Below are positions 1 to 9,113 of a stretch of 64,000 nt of DNA, one piece after another. The notes under the pieces are model-generated. The model ran no database searches and was not told the origin of the DNA. It saw only the letters and a program-made list of their open reading frames with translations. This stretch comes from Candidatus Woesearchaeota archaeon (GTDB lineage Archaea > Nanobdellota > Nanobdellia > SCGC-AAA011-G17 > UBA489), in assembly GCA_964367375.1 (NCBI GenBank), contig CAYIXG010000004.1, positions 59,556-123,555 on the forward strand. Direction: 5' to 3'. Numbering within the stretch: position 1 is the first letter of the stretch; every line of letters starts with the position of its first letter. A program made the position numbers and the translations under genes.

Positions 1-324
1 ACTTCGCTGTAGGTCTTCTTTAGTAAAATCAATTCCTGAATCTTCAATTGCAAGCTTTGCTCCTGCAATAGCATAATATAGAATCAAACCTGCGTGATCA
101 AATCCGAAGCGAGCTACACGTTCCACTGTTTTTTCTCGAACATACTTTTTCGGATCAAAATCATGTATTTCTGCTGCAATTTGAGTTACATGATCTTTTC
201 TTAAAGGAAATCGGGATATCTTACAAAAGGCGGTCTTTCCAGAAATTATTGCATTCCAGAAACTTTCTTTTCCGATACCTACTGGGGATACAGGACCGAG
301 TCCGGTGATAACCACTCTTCTCAT
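1..324 (-). CDS. beta-ketoacyl-ACP synthase II-like (FabF/KAS family), N-terminal 108 codons; the C-terminus runs off the window edge
   Basis: Reverse complement of 324..1 translates to MRRVVITGLGPVSPVGIGKESFWNAIISGKTAF...FDPKKYVREKTVERVARFGFDHAGLILYYAIAGAKLAIEDSGI. This is collinear with the E. coli FabF N-terminus (KRRVVVTGLGMLSPVGN...FW..LL.G.SGI...FD). ATG at 324..322 is preceded by GTGAGGT. Confidence 0.6.
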   Translation of the reverse strand, partial: MRRVVITGLGPVSPVGIGKESFWNAIISGKTAFCKISRFPLRKDHVTQIAAEIHDFDPKKYVREKTVERVARFGFDHAGLILYYAIAGAKLAIEDSGIDFTKEDLQRS

Positions 325-597
325 TATAAATAGGTACCTCACTCTTGGTGGTGAAGTGAGGAATTGCCATCCTCCATCAGTTTTTCTTGATACTTTTTGC
401 TTTTCTTTTGTATGCCTCTATTAGACACCACTCAAACACTGTCACTTTTTCATCTCCGTCAAGAGTATCATACCACTCCTTTGCTTTTAATACTAATTCA
501 TTCATTTTATCCTGCTTATGTCATCTTTTGCATCTTTATCATATAAATGATTGCCACCGTAGCATACGGTGACACTAGAAAAATTTAAAAAGCTAAA

Positions 598-1422
598 ATG
601 CTTAATGTTTACTCAGGTGGTTATGAAATGGAAACTCTGGATCCGTCTCTTTTATCAAAAAATTTTGGACTAACTCACACTGAATCTCTTGTCTTTTTTG
701 AACTCCTTCGCTCTGGGGAATCACCAATAGGACTCATCATAAAGAAAACTGGCCTTCATAGAGGAACAGTATATAATACTATCCAAAGACTTATAGAAAA
801 GGGTTTAGTAGCTCAACAAAAAGGAGATGAAACCACCTTTTATGAGGCTTCTCATTTTGGATTATTATACACAATAGACGAAGAAGAACATTTATTGAAA
901 CAAAAGAAAAAATCTATCAAACAAATTCTTCATTGGATGAAAATTAATAAACAAGTTAATGAATCTGAGAGTAGTGATGTACGCATTCTCTATGGAAACA
1001 AAGCACTTAAGGGATTCTATCCTGCTCTTTACGAAACATGTAGAGCAAATGAGTATACACATTATGCCATTGGAAGCTTATTCTATGAAAGAAAGAAACT
1101 TACTGTAATGGATTTTAAAAAACGTCAAAAGTTTAAAATTCAAATGGGACTGAAATCAAAATCGATTAGCGATCCTTCTGAATTGTCAACCAAAGGTAAT
1201 GAATTTTTTCGTGGACATGCAAAGTATCTACCTAATTTTTCAATACCAATAGCTGTTTATATTTATGGAGACACGTCTGTATATATTGACTGGTTGAAAG
1301 ATAAGACTGAACTTATTTGCATAAATAATAAAAACGTCGCTGATTATAATAAAAAATTCTTCAATTATTTGTGGAAACAAAAAGCAATGAAAGTGTCTGA
1401 AGTTTATACACCTATAAATTAA
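598..1422 (+). CDS. TrmB-family transcriptional regulator (paralog 1 of 4)
   Basis: N-terminal wHTH ...ESLVFFELLRSGESPIGLIIKKTGLHRGTVYNTIQRLIEKGLV. C-terminal ...FFNYLWKQKAM shares the YF.LLW.IAK end motif of the other three copies. AT-rich codon usage. Confidence 0.6.
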   Translation: MLNVYSGGYEMETLDPSLLSKNFGLTHTESLVFFELLRSGESPIGLIIKKTGLHRGTVYNTIQRLIEKGLVAQQKGDETTFYEASHFGLLYTIDEEEHLLKQKKKSIKQILHWMKINKQVNESESSDVRILYGNKALKGFYPALYETCRANEYTHYAIGSLFYERKKLTVMDFKKRQKFKIQMGLKSKSISDPSELSTKGNEFFRGHAKYLPNFSIPIAVYIYGDTSVYIDWLKDKTELICINNKNVADYNKKFFNYLWKQKAMKVSEVYTPIN

Positions 1423-1424
1423 TC

Positions 1425-3260
1425 TTACATCCCCCACACTGGATTCTGCTTCCGCCTCATTTCTGCTATCTCCTTTAAACATTCCAATTCAGACGAGGAC
1501 AAATATTTTTTGAACTTTTTCAACCTTGTAAACTCTTCCTCATTTATGTCACTATACAACACATCATCCTCTCTCACCTGACGGCCTACTGTGATACCTG
1601 GTACTGAAATGGCAACCTCTTTTCCAATCTCTGCCTGCTGTATGTTTTTCCCATCTTCTTGAATTTCTTTAATCACGCCTACCTTACTTCCATCCTTCTT
1701 CATTATATCAGCGTTCACCATCATGACTCCAAGCTCCACATGCACCCCAAACACTGCAGGATTTGACTGTCGGAAGATGAACCCTCGTAATATCTTTATC
1801 TTACACGGCCTCTGCAATCCTTCAGCTTCCTTTGCTGCACGTTTCTTTTCTTGCTCTTTCTTCCACACATCAAACTCCTCCACAATCTTGAACACCACAT
1901 CATGGCAAATTTGATGCACCTCTGTTTGCCCTTCTGCTTTCTTTACATTAAAACCAAGAATAACCCTCTTCATGACATCCTTCTCTGCCTTCGCTTCTGC
2001 AATATCCTTCTTTGACACATCCCCGATAGATACCCTTTTGATAGGCACCCCTGCATTTTTCAATAAGCCTGTAATTGCTTCTAAACTTCCAATCGTATCT
2101 GCCTTCACCACGACACCCTCCTTTTCTGTCTTCATCATCACCTCCTCAATCTCCTCCTGCATCTCTTGCGCAACCTCTTTCACATTCTTATTTGCCACCA
2201 CAATTGGCATCCCCCCAATGACGTTCTGCTCAGTATTCGGAGCAGCAATCTTTACACTTGCAGCAGCACTTGCCTTCTTTATTGTACTATACTTGCTTGT
2301 TCCTGTCTCTGCTTCAAACAAACCCCTTACTTTTGTGACAATAGGCTTTCCTAATGTTCCGATGACAATCTGATCATTGACGCGTATTGTTCCATCATAC
2401 AAAATAACATCCAATGTTGTTCCTAGCCCCTTTTCCTCCTTCACCTCAAGAATCGTTGCCCTTCCCGGAGTTGTTGTCTTTATTTCCAGCTTCTTTTCCA
2501 TAAACTTCTGCGCCAACCCGAGAATAGTCATCACCAACTCTGGCAAACCTTCCTTCGTCTTTGCACTCACCGGGACAATCGCGATCTGCCGCGTGAAATC
2601 ATCAACCCTATCAAAACGCTCTGCGTTTAAGTTATACTTTGCAAGGCTTGCTACAAGCTCGTACACTTTCTTATCCAACTCTTCCTGCACTCGAGATGAT
2701 TGAGAGGCTATGGCATCTCCTAATCCCTTTGATTCATAGGTATGCCAGCCAGTTATCGTATCAATCTTGTTCAACGCAATCACAAATGGTGTTTTGTACT
2801 GCTTCAAAATTTCAATCGATTCTTTCGTTTGATCCTTCACTCCTTCTCGTATATCAATTACTACAATCGCCATATCTGCAAGATTTCCCCCCCTCTTCCG
2901 CATACTATTAAACGCGGCGTGGCCAGGACTATCTAAAAACAGCAATCCTGGAATGGTCAACCTTGCCATCATCTTCTCCCCCACTGCTCCGCAAATTTCC
3001 CGAATGCGCTTCATTGGCACATTATATGATTTTATTGACTGCGTAATCAATCCTGGCTCTGTCTTTGTAATTGAGCACCCGCTCACTCGCTCCAGAATAC
3101 TTGATTTGCCGTGGTCAATATGACCAACAAGCACCACTATTGGTTGTCTGACAGTCATTTTTTGCTTTTTTTTCTTGAACAAACCTTTTTTATCTTTTGT
3201 TCGGTTTTCTTCATCATAGTAATGCTCGTTTTTTAAAGATTGTGGCAAGAACTCTGTCAC
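1425..3260 (-). CDS. infB: translation initiation factor aIF5B (IF-2 homolog)
   Basis: GTP-binding G1 motif VVLVGHIDHGKSSILE in the N-terminal region, 611 aa, domain order typical of aIF5B. Confidence 0.85.
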   Translation of the reverse strand: MTEFLPQSLKNEHYYDEENRTKDKKGLFKKKKQKMTVRQPIVVLVGHIDHGKSSILERVSGCSITKTEPGLITQSIKSYNVPMKRIREICGAVGEKMMARLTIPGLLFLDSPGHAAFNSMRKRGGNLADMAIVVIDIREGVKDQTKESIEILKQYKTPFVIALNKIDTITGWHTYESKGLGDAIASQSSRVQEELDKKVYELVASLAKYNLNAERFDRVDDFTRQIAIVPVSAKTKEGLPELVMTILGLAQKFMEKKLEIKTTTPGRATILEVKEEKGLGTTLDVILYDGTIRVNDQIVIGTLGKPIVTKVRGLFEAETGTSKYSTIKKASAAASVKIAAPNTEQNVIGGMPIVVANKNVKEVAQEMQEEIEEVMMKTEKEGVVVKADTIGSLEAITGLLKNAGVPIKRVSIGDVSKKDIAEAKAEKDVMKRVILGFNVKKAEGQTEVHQICHDVVFKIVEEFDVWKKEQEKKRAAKEAEGLQRPCKIKILRGFIFRQSNPAVFGVHVELGVMMVNADIMKKDGSKVGVIKEIQEDGKNIQQAEIGKEVAISVPGITVGRQVREDDVLYSDINEEEFTRLKKFKKYLSSSELECLKEIAEMRRKQNPVWGM

Positions 3261-3376
3261 AACCCTTATATATGAGCATATATAAAGAAAACTTCTGGGG
3301 GTACACTATATATTTTTTGCAAGGACTATTTCCTTTGCTCTGCCCCTATTAACACTATACGCCCACACGGGAAGAA

Positions 3377-3386
3377 GAGGGAGGGG
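3377..3386 (+). promoter_or_regulatory. Shine-Dalgarno-like GAGGGAGGGG upstream of a GTG start at 3393
   Basis: Purine-rich anti-SSU-like motif 7 nt before the GTG that begins the PhoU-like ORF. Confidence 0.4.
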
Positions 3387-3392
3387 ATCATC

Positions 3393-4343
3393 GTGGAATA
3401 TCGAAAACTCATCAAATTTGGCAACAGTTCTTTTGTTATTTCTGTACCCAAACAATGGATGGAGAAAAACAGCCTCAAAAAAGGAGACCTTGTTTATTTC
3501 ACCAACAATGGAGATAATGAACTTATCATCAGCGCAAAAAACAATGATAATGTCCGCGTCAAACTCCAAGAGATTACTATTACGACAGATGCGAAATCAC
3601 AGAAGGACGTCAACCGAGAAATTATCAGCGCGTATCTCAAAAACTTTCACCAGATCACTGTTGTTGGAAGCAACTTAGACAAGAAAGTGAGAGACATTCG
3701 CAAATGCATAAACAACCTTGTTGGCTTGGAAATTATTGAGCATACCAAAGATAGGATTGTTGCAAAAGACATTCTCAACATGAAAAAAATATCTGTCCTT
3801 GGCACACTCAAAAAAATTGACGCTATTGTTCGGGAGATGATTGAAGACAGCAAGCATACCTTGAGCAGAGACGCCTATGACAGCATTCTTGTTCGCGATG
3901 AGGATGTGAATCGGTTGACAAACCTTGTCTTCCGCATCAGCAGATACGTCTTAAAAAAACCACACCTCTTACACAGCACCGGACTGACACCCTTTGACTT
4001 CTTCAAGTACTTCCAAGTTGCAGACAACCTGGAAAAAATAGGAGACGAAACAAAACGCCTGAGCCGATTCCTCCGCAAAATGGAAGTCGCTGGAGACATT
4101 CATGACGAACTTGTTACTATCTACCAGCGCATCCATGACTCTTACACTCAAGCCATGGAATGTTTTTACGCGCATGACGTCAAAGCAGCAACCGAACGCG
4201 CAACTCGAGATGCAGCCATTAGAGAAGCATGCGACACCTTCATGATGAAACATAAAGATATTCCTCTCATGGATGCTGTCGTTGAAAAACTTAAACAAAT
4301 GCACTACCACATTCATTCCATTGGAAGGGAGGTTTATCAATAA
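3393..4343 (+). CDS. PhoU-domain protein with an N-terminal AbrB/SpoVT-like domain (phosphate uptake regulator-like)
   Basis: N-terminus KLIKFGNSSFVISVPKQWMEKNSLKKGDLVYF is a swapped-hairpin AbrB-like segment, followed by two helical PhoU-like repeats. GTG start. Confidence 0.6.
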   Translation: MEYRKLIKFGNSSFVISVPKQWMEKNSLKKGDLVYFTNNGDNELIISAKNNDNVRVKLQEITITTDAKSQKDVNREIISAYLKNFHQITVVGSNLDKKVRDIRKCINNLVGLEIIEHTKDRIVAKDILNMKKISVLGTLKKIDAIVREMIEDSKHTLSRDAYDSILVRDEDVNRLTNLVFRISRYVLKKPHLLHSTGLTPFDFFKYFQVADNLEKIGDETKRLSRFLRKMEVAGDIHDELVTIYQRIHDSYTQAMECFYAHDVKAATERATRDAAIREACDTFMMKHKDIPLMDAVVEKLKQMHYHIHSIGREVYQ

Positions 4344-4349
4344 TTTCCC

Positions 4350-5939
4350 ATGCTTGAGCGAAAAATACTTGTCTACAACGGGTATAGGGACACTGTCAGT
4401 CCTCTGGTGAAAGAGATTGCACGAGACCTCAGCCCAGGAATTACTGTTGACTCTCACATCGATTACTCTACCCTTTCTCCTGCCTTAAGCCAAGGGTATG
4501 ATCTTGTTGTTTTTAACCTTCAACTTCCTGGAAGCCAAGCAAACAATGAAAAAAGAAGGGAAAACGAGGACGTTCTTGAGATGCTCAATAACCGAGGTCT
4601 TCCTGTTATTCTTGTTACCGAACGCTTTACTCATCCTTTTGCAGCACACCCTCCTTCTCCTCCTGTCGCAACAGGATACAGCAGAAAACAAATAAGTGAC
4701 ATCCACAGCAGATTTAATGACACCGTAAAATACGGGATTCTTCTTGATACTCCTCAAGGTAGAACTCACCTTCAGGAAGCTATCAGCAGAACCCTTACCA
4801 ACCCTGTCTATCTCCTTGATAGAGTTGGTATTATCGGGCTCGGACGCATTGGTTTTGAAGCTGCCTATTCTCTTTTGCAAGGAGTTTATAATCTTCGATC
4901 CCTTGTTGTTGCTCAACGAAATGATGGGACACTTGGGCATAAGGCGCATATCAACTTCGCAAAACTCGGAGAAACCATTCCTATCACTGCCCACCCACGA
5001 ACCACGCTCACCCAAGGTAGCATTGACGACATCATTCAAAATGCAGGCATTGTGATCGTTTCCATCGGAAATCATGATCAAGAAAAACGTATGATTCGCC
5101 GAGAGGAACTCCTTCAAGCGAACCTCCTTCCTACCATACATCTTGCTGAACAATTCAGGAATTATCAGGGTCACGTCCTTCTCGTCACCAACCCGACAGA
5201 CCTTCTTGCGCTTGCTTTCCACCTTTATTCTCGATCTGCTGATGGTTCAGGACCAACAGTGACTGGTATGAACTATCTCGATTACATCCGCGTCAATGAC
5301 ACCCTTCGTGACATCCTCAAAAAAGAAGGATATGAATCAGACGTTGACTTCCGCCTTGTAGGGACTCATACTGATAAAGGACCTGTTCTTTCCAACCTTT
5401 TCATTGGTGGTATTCCTTGGGAGAGAGTCATATTTCCTGAACACACGAACAAACCTTGGCTTGTAAGCCGAGGAGGGACTGGAAAAATGAAAAGAGGAAA
5501 ACCCCTCCTCGAAACCATTCAAAAACAACTTGCTATTAAAGGAGGACTCATTAGAGAACTTGCAAACGGAGACACTAATGAAAAACTGACTGCAGGATCT
5601 ATTGCAGAAAACATTGGGGCTATCCAACGAGCGCAGCCTTTTTATGCAAGCACACTTATTGATCTTTTGATTACTGGAGGATTTACAGGTACTTCTTTTG
5701 CAGAGCAAACAGCAACCGCATTTCCCCATGGAATGTATATGGGGTGGAATATACTCTATCGTGGTCTTGGCGTTGAACCACGACCTCTCACCTTTGAAGG
5801 TGATGATCAACGAACACTGCTTCTTCAAGAACTTCTTAACTTACGCAAACGCATTCTTGATCACATCAGAAGCCATCCTCAAGATGAATGGACAGCGTAT
5901 TCGCGCCTCATTAACTTTTTTAATCCCCGCAAAACATAA
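4350..5939 (+). CDS. NAD(P)-binding dehydrogenase-like protein with an N-terminal receiver-like (pseudo-REC) domain
   Basis: N-terminus KILVYNG...YDLVVFNLQLPG...GLPVILVT resembles a CheY-like fold with Asn at the usual phospho-Asp position. Then RVGIIGLGRIGFEAA (GxGxxG Rossmann motif) and LLVTNPTDLLALAF (LDH/MDH-like). Confidence 0.4.
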   Translation: MLERKILVYNGYRDTVSPLVKEIARDLSPGITVDSHIDYSTLSPALSQGYDLVVFNLQLPGSQANNEKRRENEDVLEMLNNRGLPVILVTERFTHPFAAHPPSPPVATGYSRKQISDIHSRFNDTVKYGILLDTPQGRTHLQEAISRTLTNPVYLLDRVGIIGLGRIGFEAAYSLLQGVYNLRSLVVAQRNDGTLGHKAHINFAKLGETIPITAHPRTTLTQGSIDDIIQNAGIVIVSIGNHDQEKRMIRREELLQANLLPTIHLAEQFRNYQGHVLLVTNPTDLLALAFHLYSRSADGSGPTVTGMNYLDYIRVNDTLRDILKKEGYESDVDFRLVGTHTDKGPVLSNLFIGGIPWERVIFPEHTNKPWLVSRGGTGKMKRGKPLLETIQKQLAIKGGLIRELANGDTNEKLTAGSIAENIGAIQRAQPFYASTLIDLLITGGFTGTSFAEQTATAFPHGMYMGWNILYRGLGVEPRPLTFEGDDQRTLLLQELLNLRKRILDHIRSHPQDEWTAYSRLINFFNPRKT

Positions 5940-5949
5940 GACTCTTTCT

Positions 5950-6672
5950 TTACTTCTTTGCCATTCCCCACAATAAATTAAAATATTTCCGATACTGATC
6001 CGCAATCCTTTTGCTTTGAATCACTATTCCCAACTCTGGCTCAGACCAAATAAACATTGCAACTTTGTCTCCATACACGGTTGTTGTTGCAGGGCTTTCG
6101 TATTCGTTCGGAAGATAGGCAGCCTTTGTAAAAGGCAACGTGTTTAAATATGTAATTCGTTCTTTTGCATCTGCATCATAAATGTGCCACTGCCACATCT
6201 TGTTCTTAATCCTTCGCTTATGATAAATAGACACAAAATTCTTCATCTTCTCTGACATGTCCCGCGGCACTCCAAACGTGAGCACATCCTTTCCTTCCTG
6301 CAAGATATCGTCAGTAATAGCCCTAATTCCCTTCATCCCCTCATAAATCACTGCCTTTTCCCTTTCCTTCGACAACTTTTGATCAAGAAGCAATGTCGGC
6401 AACACTGCCTCAAACTTCTTCTGCTGATCCTTCAGAAGATCCAATATTCTTTCCGGTGATGTTGACTGAAACAACTTCTTTTTTCCCTTAAATATGTAGG
6501 TGACCAATCCCTTTTCTATCAGACGATCAAGGGCATCATAAATATTCGTCCGATGCACATCAATCTTTGACGCAATAATTCCTGCTGTTGCAGATCCCAA
6601 ACGAAGCAAGGCTAAATAGACCTTCTCCTCATTCTTGCTAAAACCGAGCTCTATCAGCACATTTTCCCGCAT
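5950..6672 (-). CDS. TrmB-family transcriptional regulator (paralog 2)
   Basis: wHTH KVYLALLRLGSATAGIIASKIDVHRTNIYDALDRLIEKGLV. C-terminal ...YFNLLWGMAKK. Confidence 0.6.
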   Translation of the reverse strand: MRENVLIELGFSKNEEKVYLALLRLGSATAGIIASKIDVHRTNIYDALDRLIEKGLVTYIFKGKKKLFQSTSPERILDLLKDQQKKFEAVLPTLLLDQKLSKEREKAVIYEGMKGIRAITDDILQEGKDVLTFGVPRDMSEKMKNFVSIYHKRRIKNKMWQWHIYDADAKERITYLNTLPFTKAAYLPNEYESPATTTVYGDKVAMFIWSEPELGIVIQSKRIADQYRKYFNLLWGMAKK

Positions 6673-6924
6673 TTCTTATCACATACTTTCTTCACCTTAT
6701 AAACTTTTTTACTGTTGTCTTTTTCACTACAACATACCTTTATTTCAGAAAAGAAAATGCAAACAGCTTTTCTTGGCTATTTTATTTCCTTATTCTTTTT
6801 TAAAAAGTATATACATTCCTATATTTACACTCCTTCTTTTGTTGTTATTAACTATACAACATTAATTTATATAATTTGTTTGCTGCCCCATTGACATCAT
6901 ATACACAACAGGGGGTTATGACCA

Positions 6925-7077
6925 ATGCCACAAAAAAGCAAAGACCGCCGCACAGACGAGCCTCAGGAATTGACAGAAGAAGACTTTTACACAGAAGAAG
7001 AGATAGAGGAACTCTTGGAAGATGATGAGATAACCACTGCAGAAGAGGCATTCATGCGCGGCTACATGGACGCGTAG
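6925..7077 (+). CDS. small acidic protein (50 aa) sharing an EEL..DEIT..EEAFM.GY module with the TRASH protein at 20844..21110
   Basis: MPQKSKDRRTDEPQELTEEDFYTEEEIEELLEDDEITTAEEAFMRGYMDA. GGGGG Shine-Dalgarno at 6912..6916. Below the 60-aa cutoff of the ORF track. Confidence 0.4.
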   Translation: MPQKSKDRRTDEPQELTEEDFYTEEEIEELLEDDEITTAEEAFMRGYMDA

Positions 7078-7110
7078 CACACCCTCTGGTTTCACTTTGG
7101 GGGGTGCCTT

Positions 7111-7230
7111 ATGGAATTAGCCTTAGAAGTCGAAACCGAGTCCCACATCAGAGGGCAGGTTATTCAGCTTGACGAGACCGCTGCTATCACGCAAGCCATC
7201 AGAAAAAACTGTATTGTCGCATACTATTAA
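7111..7230 (+). CDS. possible small ORF (39 aa), hypothetical
   Basis: MELALEVETESHIRGQVIQLDETAAITQAIRKNCIVAYY, preceded by GGGGGGTG. No recognisable domain. Confidence 0.2.
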   Translation: MELALEVETESHIRGQVIQLDETAAITQAIRKNCIVAYY

Positions 7231-7270
7231 CTCTCATATTCATCTCTTGCGACATATCCTAGACAGACAT

Positions 7271-7681
7271 TTACACCTCTCTTTCTCTATTCTTCGCGTA
7301 CTCCAAAGGAATCTTCACAATTAACTTTCCCTTCTTCAACAACGCTCGCGTCTTCTTCCCATCTGCCTCCCTTGGCAAATCAATCATTCGATACAACGAC
7401 TTCTCTCTCCTCTTATTTCCGTCTTTTTCGCACACCTCCACCTCAATTTCCAACTTTCGTGGTCGCATCTTGATCACAATATCTTCTTTCTTCACTTCTG
7501 TAGGAAGAGACATGTGCACCATTATTCCCCCTTCACTCTGCGCAACCTCACAATATGGCTCTTCATACCTCCGCGCCACCCTCTTCACCGCTTTTATTTG
7601 CCTTCTGAGAAGCCGCATATTCCTGTGCACTGTGCGCTGCACAACATCCACAATATCCTCGGCCTGCTTCACTATATCCAT
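7271..7681 (-). CDS. small heat-shock protein (Hsp20/alpha-crystallin family)
   Basis: Core IMVHMSLPTEVKKEDIVIKMRPRKLEIEVEV...YRMIDLPREADGKKTRALLKKGKLIVKIPL matches the ACD beta-sandwich pattern. Confidence 0.6.
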   Translation of the reverse strand: MDIVKQAEDIVDVVQRTVHRNMRLLRRQIKAVKRVARRYEEPYCEVAQSEGGIMVHMSLPTEVKKEDIVIKMRPRKLEIEVEVCEKDGNKRREKSLYRMIDLPREADGKKTRALLKKGKLIVKIPLEYAKNREREV

Positions 7682-7692
7682 GTTTCCTCTTT

Positions 7693-8247
7693 TTACCGCG
7701 TATGCTGCTCGTGCACTGTCTTATAGGAATGCAATTCGTTCGTCTTAAACCACAACTCTATTTCGTTCTTGGCTTCTGTGACAGAACCAGACGCATGGAT
7801 CAGGTTTCGACCACCAAACTTCCTTTGCGTTGCATATCCCATGCTCAATGAACAAAAATCACCACGAATTGTGCCTGGCGATGCCGCATGCGGAGACGTT
7901 GATCCAACCAATTTCCTTACAATATCCACTGCATGCACCCCTTCCAATACCAAGGCAATCACTGGACCTTCAGTCACATACTTCACAAGGTCCTCGCGCA
8001 CCTCTTTTCCAATCTCTTCCTTTGACTTATTCGTCTTCACATTCATCCTCTTCCAATCTTCCAAGGTTTTTTCTCCCAAAATAGGAATAAGAGACTCTGG
8101 ATAATGCTTTTTCACGAGATCCTTATCCATCCATATCATTTTCATTCCTATCACTTTTAAACCGACGTTTTCAAACCGCTCCAGAATCTTTCCTGCTAAA
8201 CTCCGTTGCACTGCATCAGGCTTCAACAAGACCAATGTTTTCTCAAT
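7693..8247 (-). CDS. ndk: nucleoside diphosphate kinase
   Basis: [16 protein letters not shown]...NLIHASGSVTEAKNEIELWF. The ATG overlaps the L24e stop as ATGA, so the GTG-extended start at 8271 is unlikely. Confidence 0.85.
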   Translation of the reverse strand: MEKTLVLLKPDAVQRSLAGKILERFENVGLKVIGMKMIWMDKDLVKKHYPESLIPILGEKTLEDWKRMNVKTNKSKEEIGKEVREDLVKYVTEGPVIALVLEGVHAVDIVRKLVGSTSPHAASPGTIRGDFCSLSMGYATQRKFGGRNLIHASGSVTEAKNEIELWFKTNELHSYKTVHEQHTR

Positions 8248-8417
8248 CATTTCTTGTACTCCCTCGTCCACTTGATCATCGCTGGCTTTCTTCCCAATTT
8301 TATGATATTCTTTTTACACTTTGATGAACAAAAATGAAAAATTCTTCCATCATTCTTCACAACCATCGTTCCTGTACCCTGAATAATCGCTTCCCCACAA
8401 AAACTACACTTCACCAT
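8244..8417 (-). CDS. rpl24e: ribosomal protein L24e (57 aa, missed by the ORF track)
   Basis: Minus-strand translation [57 protein letters not shown]-x2-C...C-x3-C TRASH-type zinc ribbon typical of L24e. Conserved position between S28e and ndk. Confidence 0.8.
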
Positions 8418-8418
8418 C

Positions 8419-8688
8419 TTATCGCTTCTTTCCCCTCTTACTCTGTGTCAATGATCGCGCTTCAATCTCTGTTTCCTTGAGAATAAGAATATCTTTTTCA
8501 CGCACCGGCCCCTTCACATTTCGACGCAATACCTTTCCTTTGTCAGACCCGTCCAAGACCCGACACCTCACTTGAATAATACCTCCTCGCGTCCCTGTCC
8601 TTCCAATTACCTCTTCAACCACTGCAGGCACAGGATCATATGTATACCCTCTCCTCACAACTTTTTCTTGTTCCCTCGGAGCTGCCAT
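8419..8688 (-). CDS. rps28e: ribosomal protein S28e
   Basis: [47 protein letters not shown]. Confidence 0.85.
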   Translation of the reverse strand: MAAPREQEKVVRRGYTYDPVPAVVEEVIGRTGTRGGIIQVRCRVLDGSDKGKVLRRNVKGPVREKDILILKETEIEARSLTQSKRGKKR

Positions 8689-8689
8689 G

Positions 8690-9031
8690 TTATGTCTTTA
8701 CCTTTTCCGCAATTTCCTTCACTAAATCTATCCCTTCACCCTCTTCCACAATCGCCACAGACACTGTCGGCACATTTAAACCAGCGGCTGCTCCTAACTC
8801 TTCCTTACTCGGAACAATAAGCACTGGCGTTCCTTTCTCCTTGCACAAGGGAGTAATATGCATGGTAATTTCGGGAGGATTCGCATCCTCTGCAACAAGA
8901 ACAAGCTTTGCCGTTCCCCTCTCTACTGCCTTTGTTGTTTCATTTGTTCCCCGCCTGATTTTACCGCCTTTTCGCGCTAATTCAACGGCTTCATAAGCCT
9001 TTTTTACCAAATCCTTGCTTGCTTCTGCCAT
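8690..9031 (-). CDS. rpl7ae: ribosomal protein L7Ae (K-turn RNA-binding)
   Basis: [45 protein letters not shown]...[11 protein letters not shown]. Confidence 0.85.
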   Translation of the reverse strand: MAEASKDLVKKAYEAVELARKGGKIRRGTNETTKAVERGTAKLVLVAEDANPPEITMHITPLCKEKGTPVLIVPSKEELGAAAGLNVPTVSVAIVEEGEGIDLVKEIAEKVKT

Positions 9032-9113
9032 TTTTGATCATCCTCACTCTTGATGAGATTTGACTGCCCGATGTCTTTAAAAAGGTTTTGGAGAAGCATT
9101 CCTGTTTTTTTCC

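Noticed and set aside
1723-2936. Series of plus-strand ORFs (63-133 aa) inside the infB region
   Set aside because: These are antisense to a strongly supported aIF5B gene. They have low-complexity S/T/F-rich translations typical of shadow ORFs.
4485-5222. 245-aa minus-strand ORF
   Set aside because: Lies wholly antisense within the 529-aa dehydrogenase-like gene. No domain. Shadow ORF.
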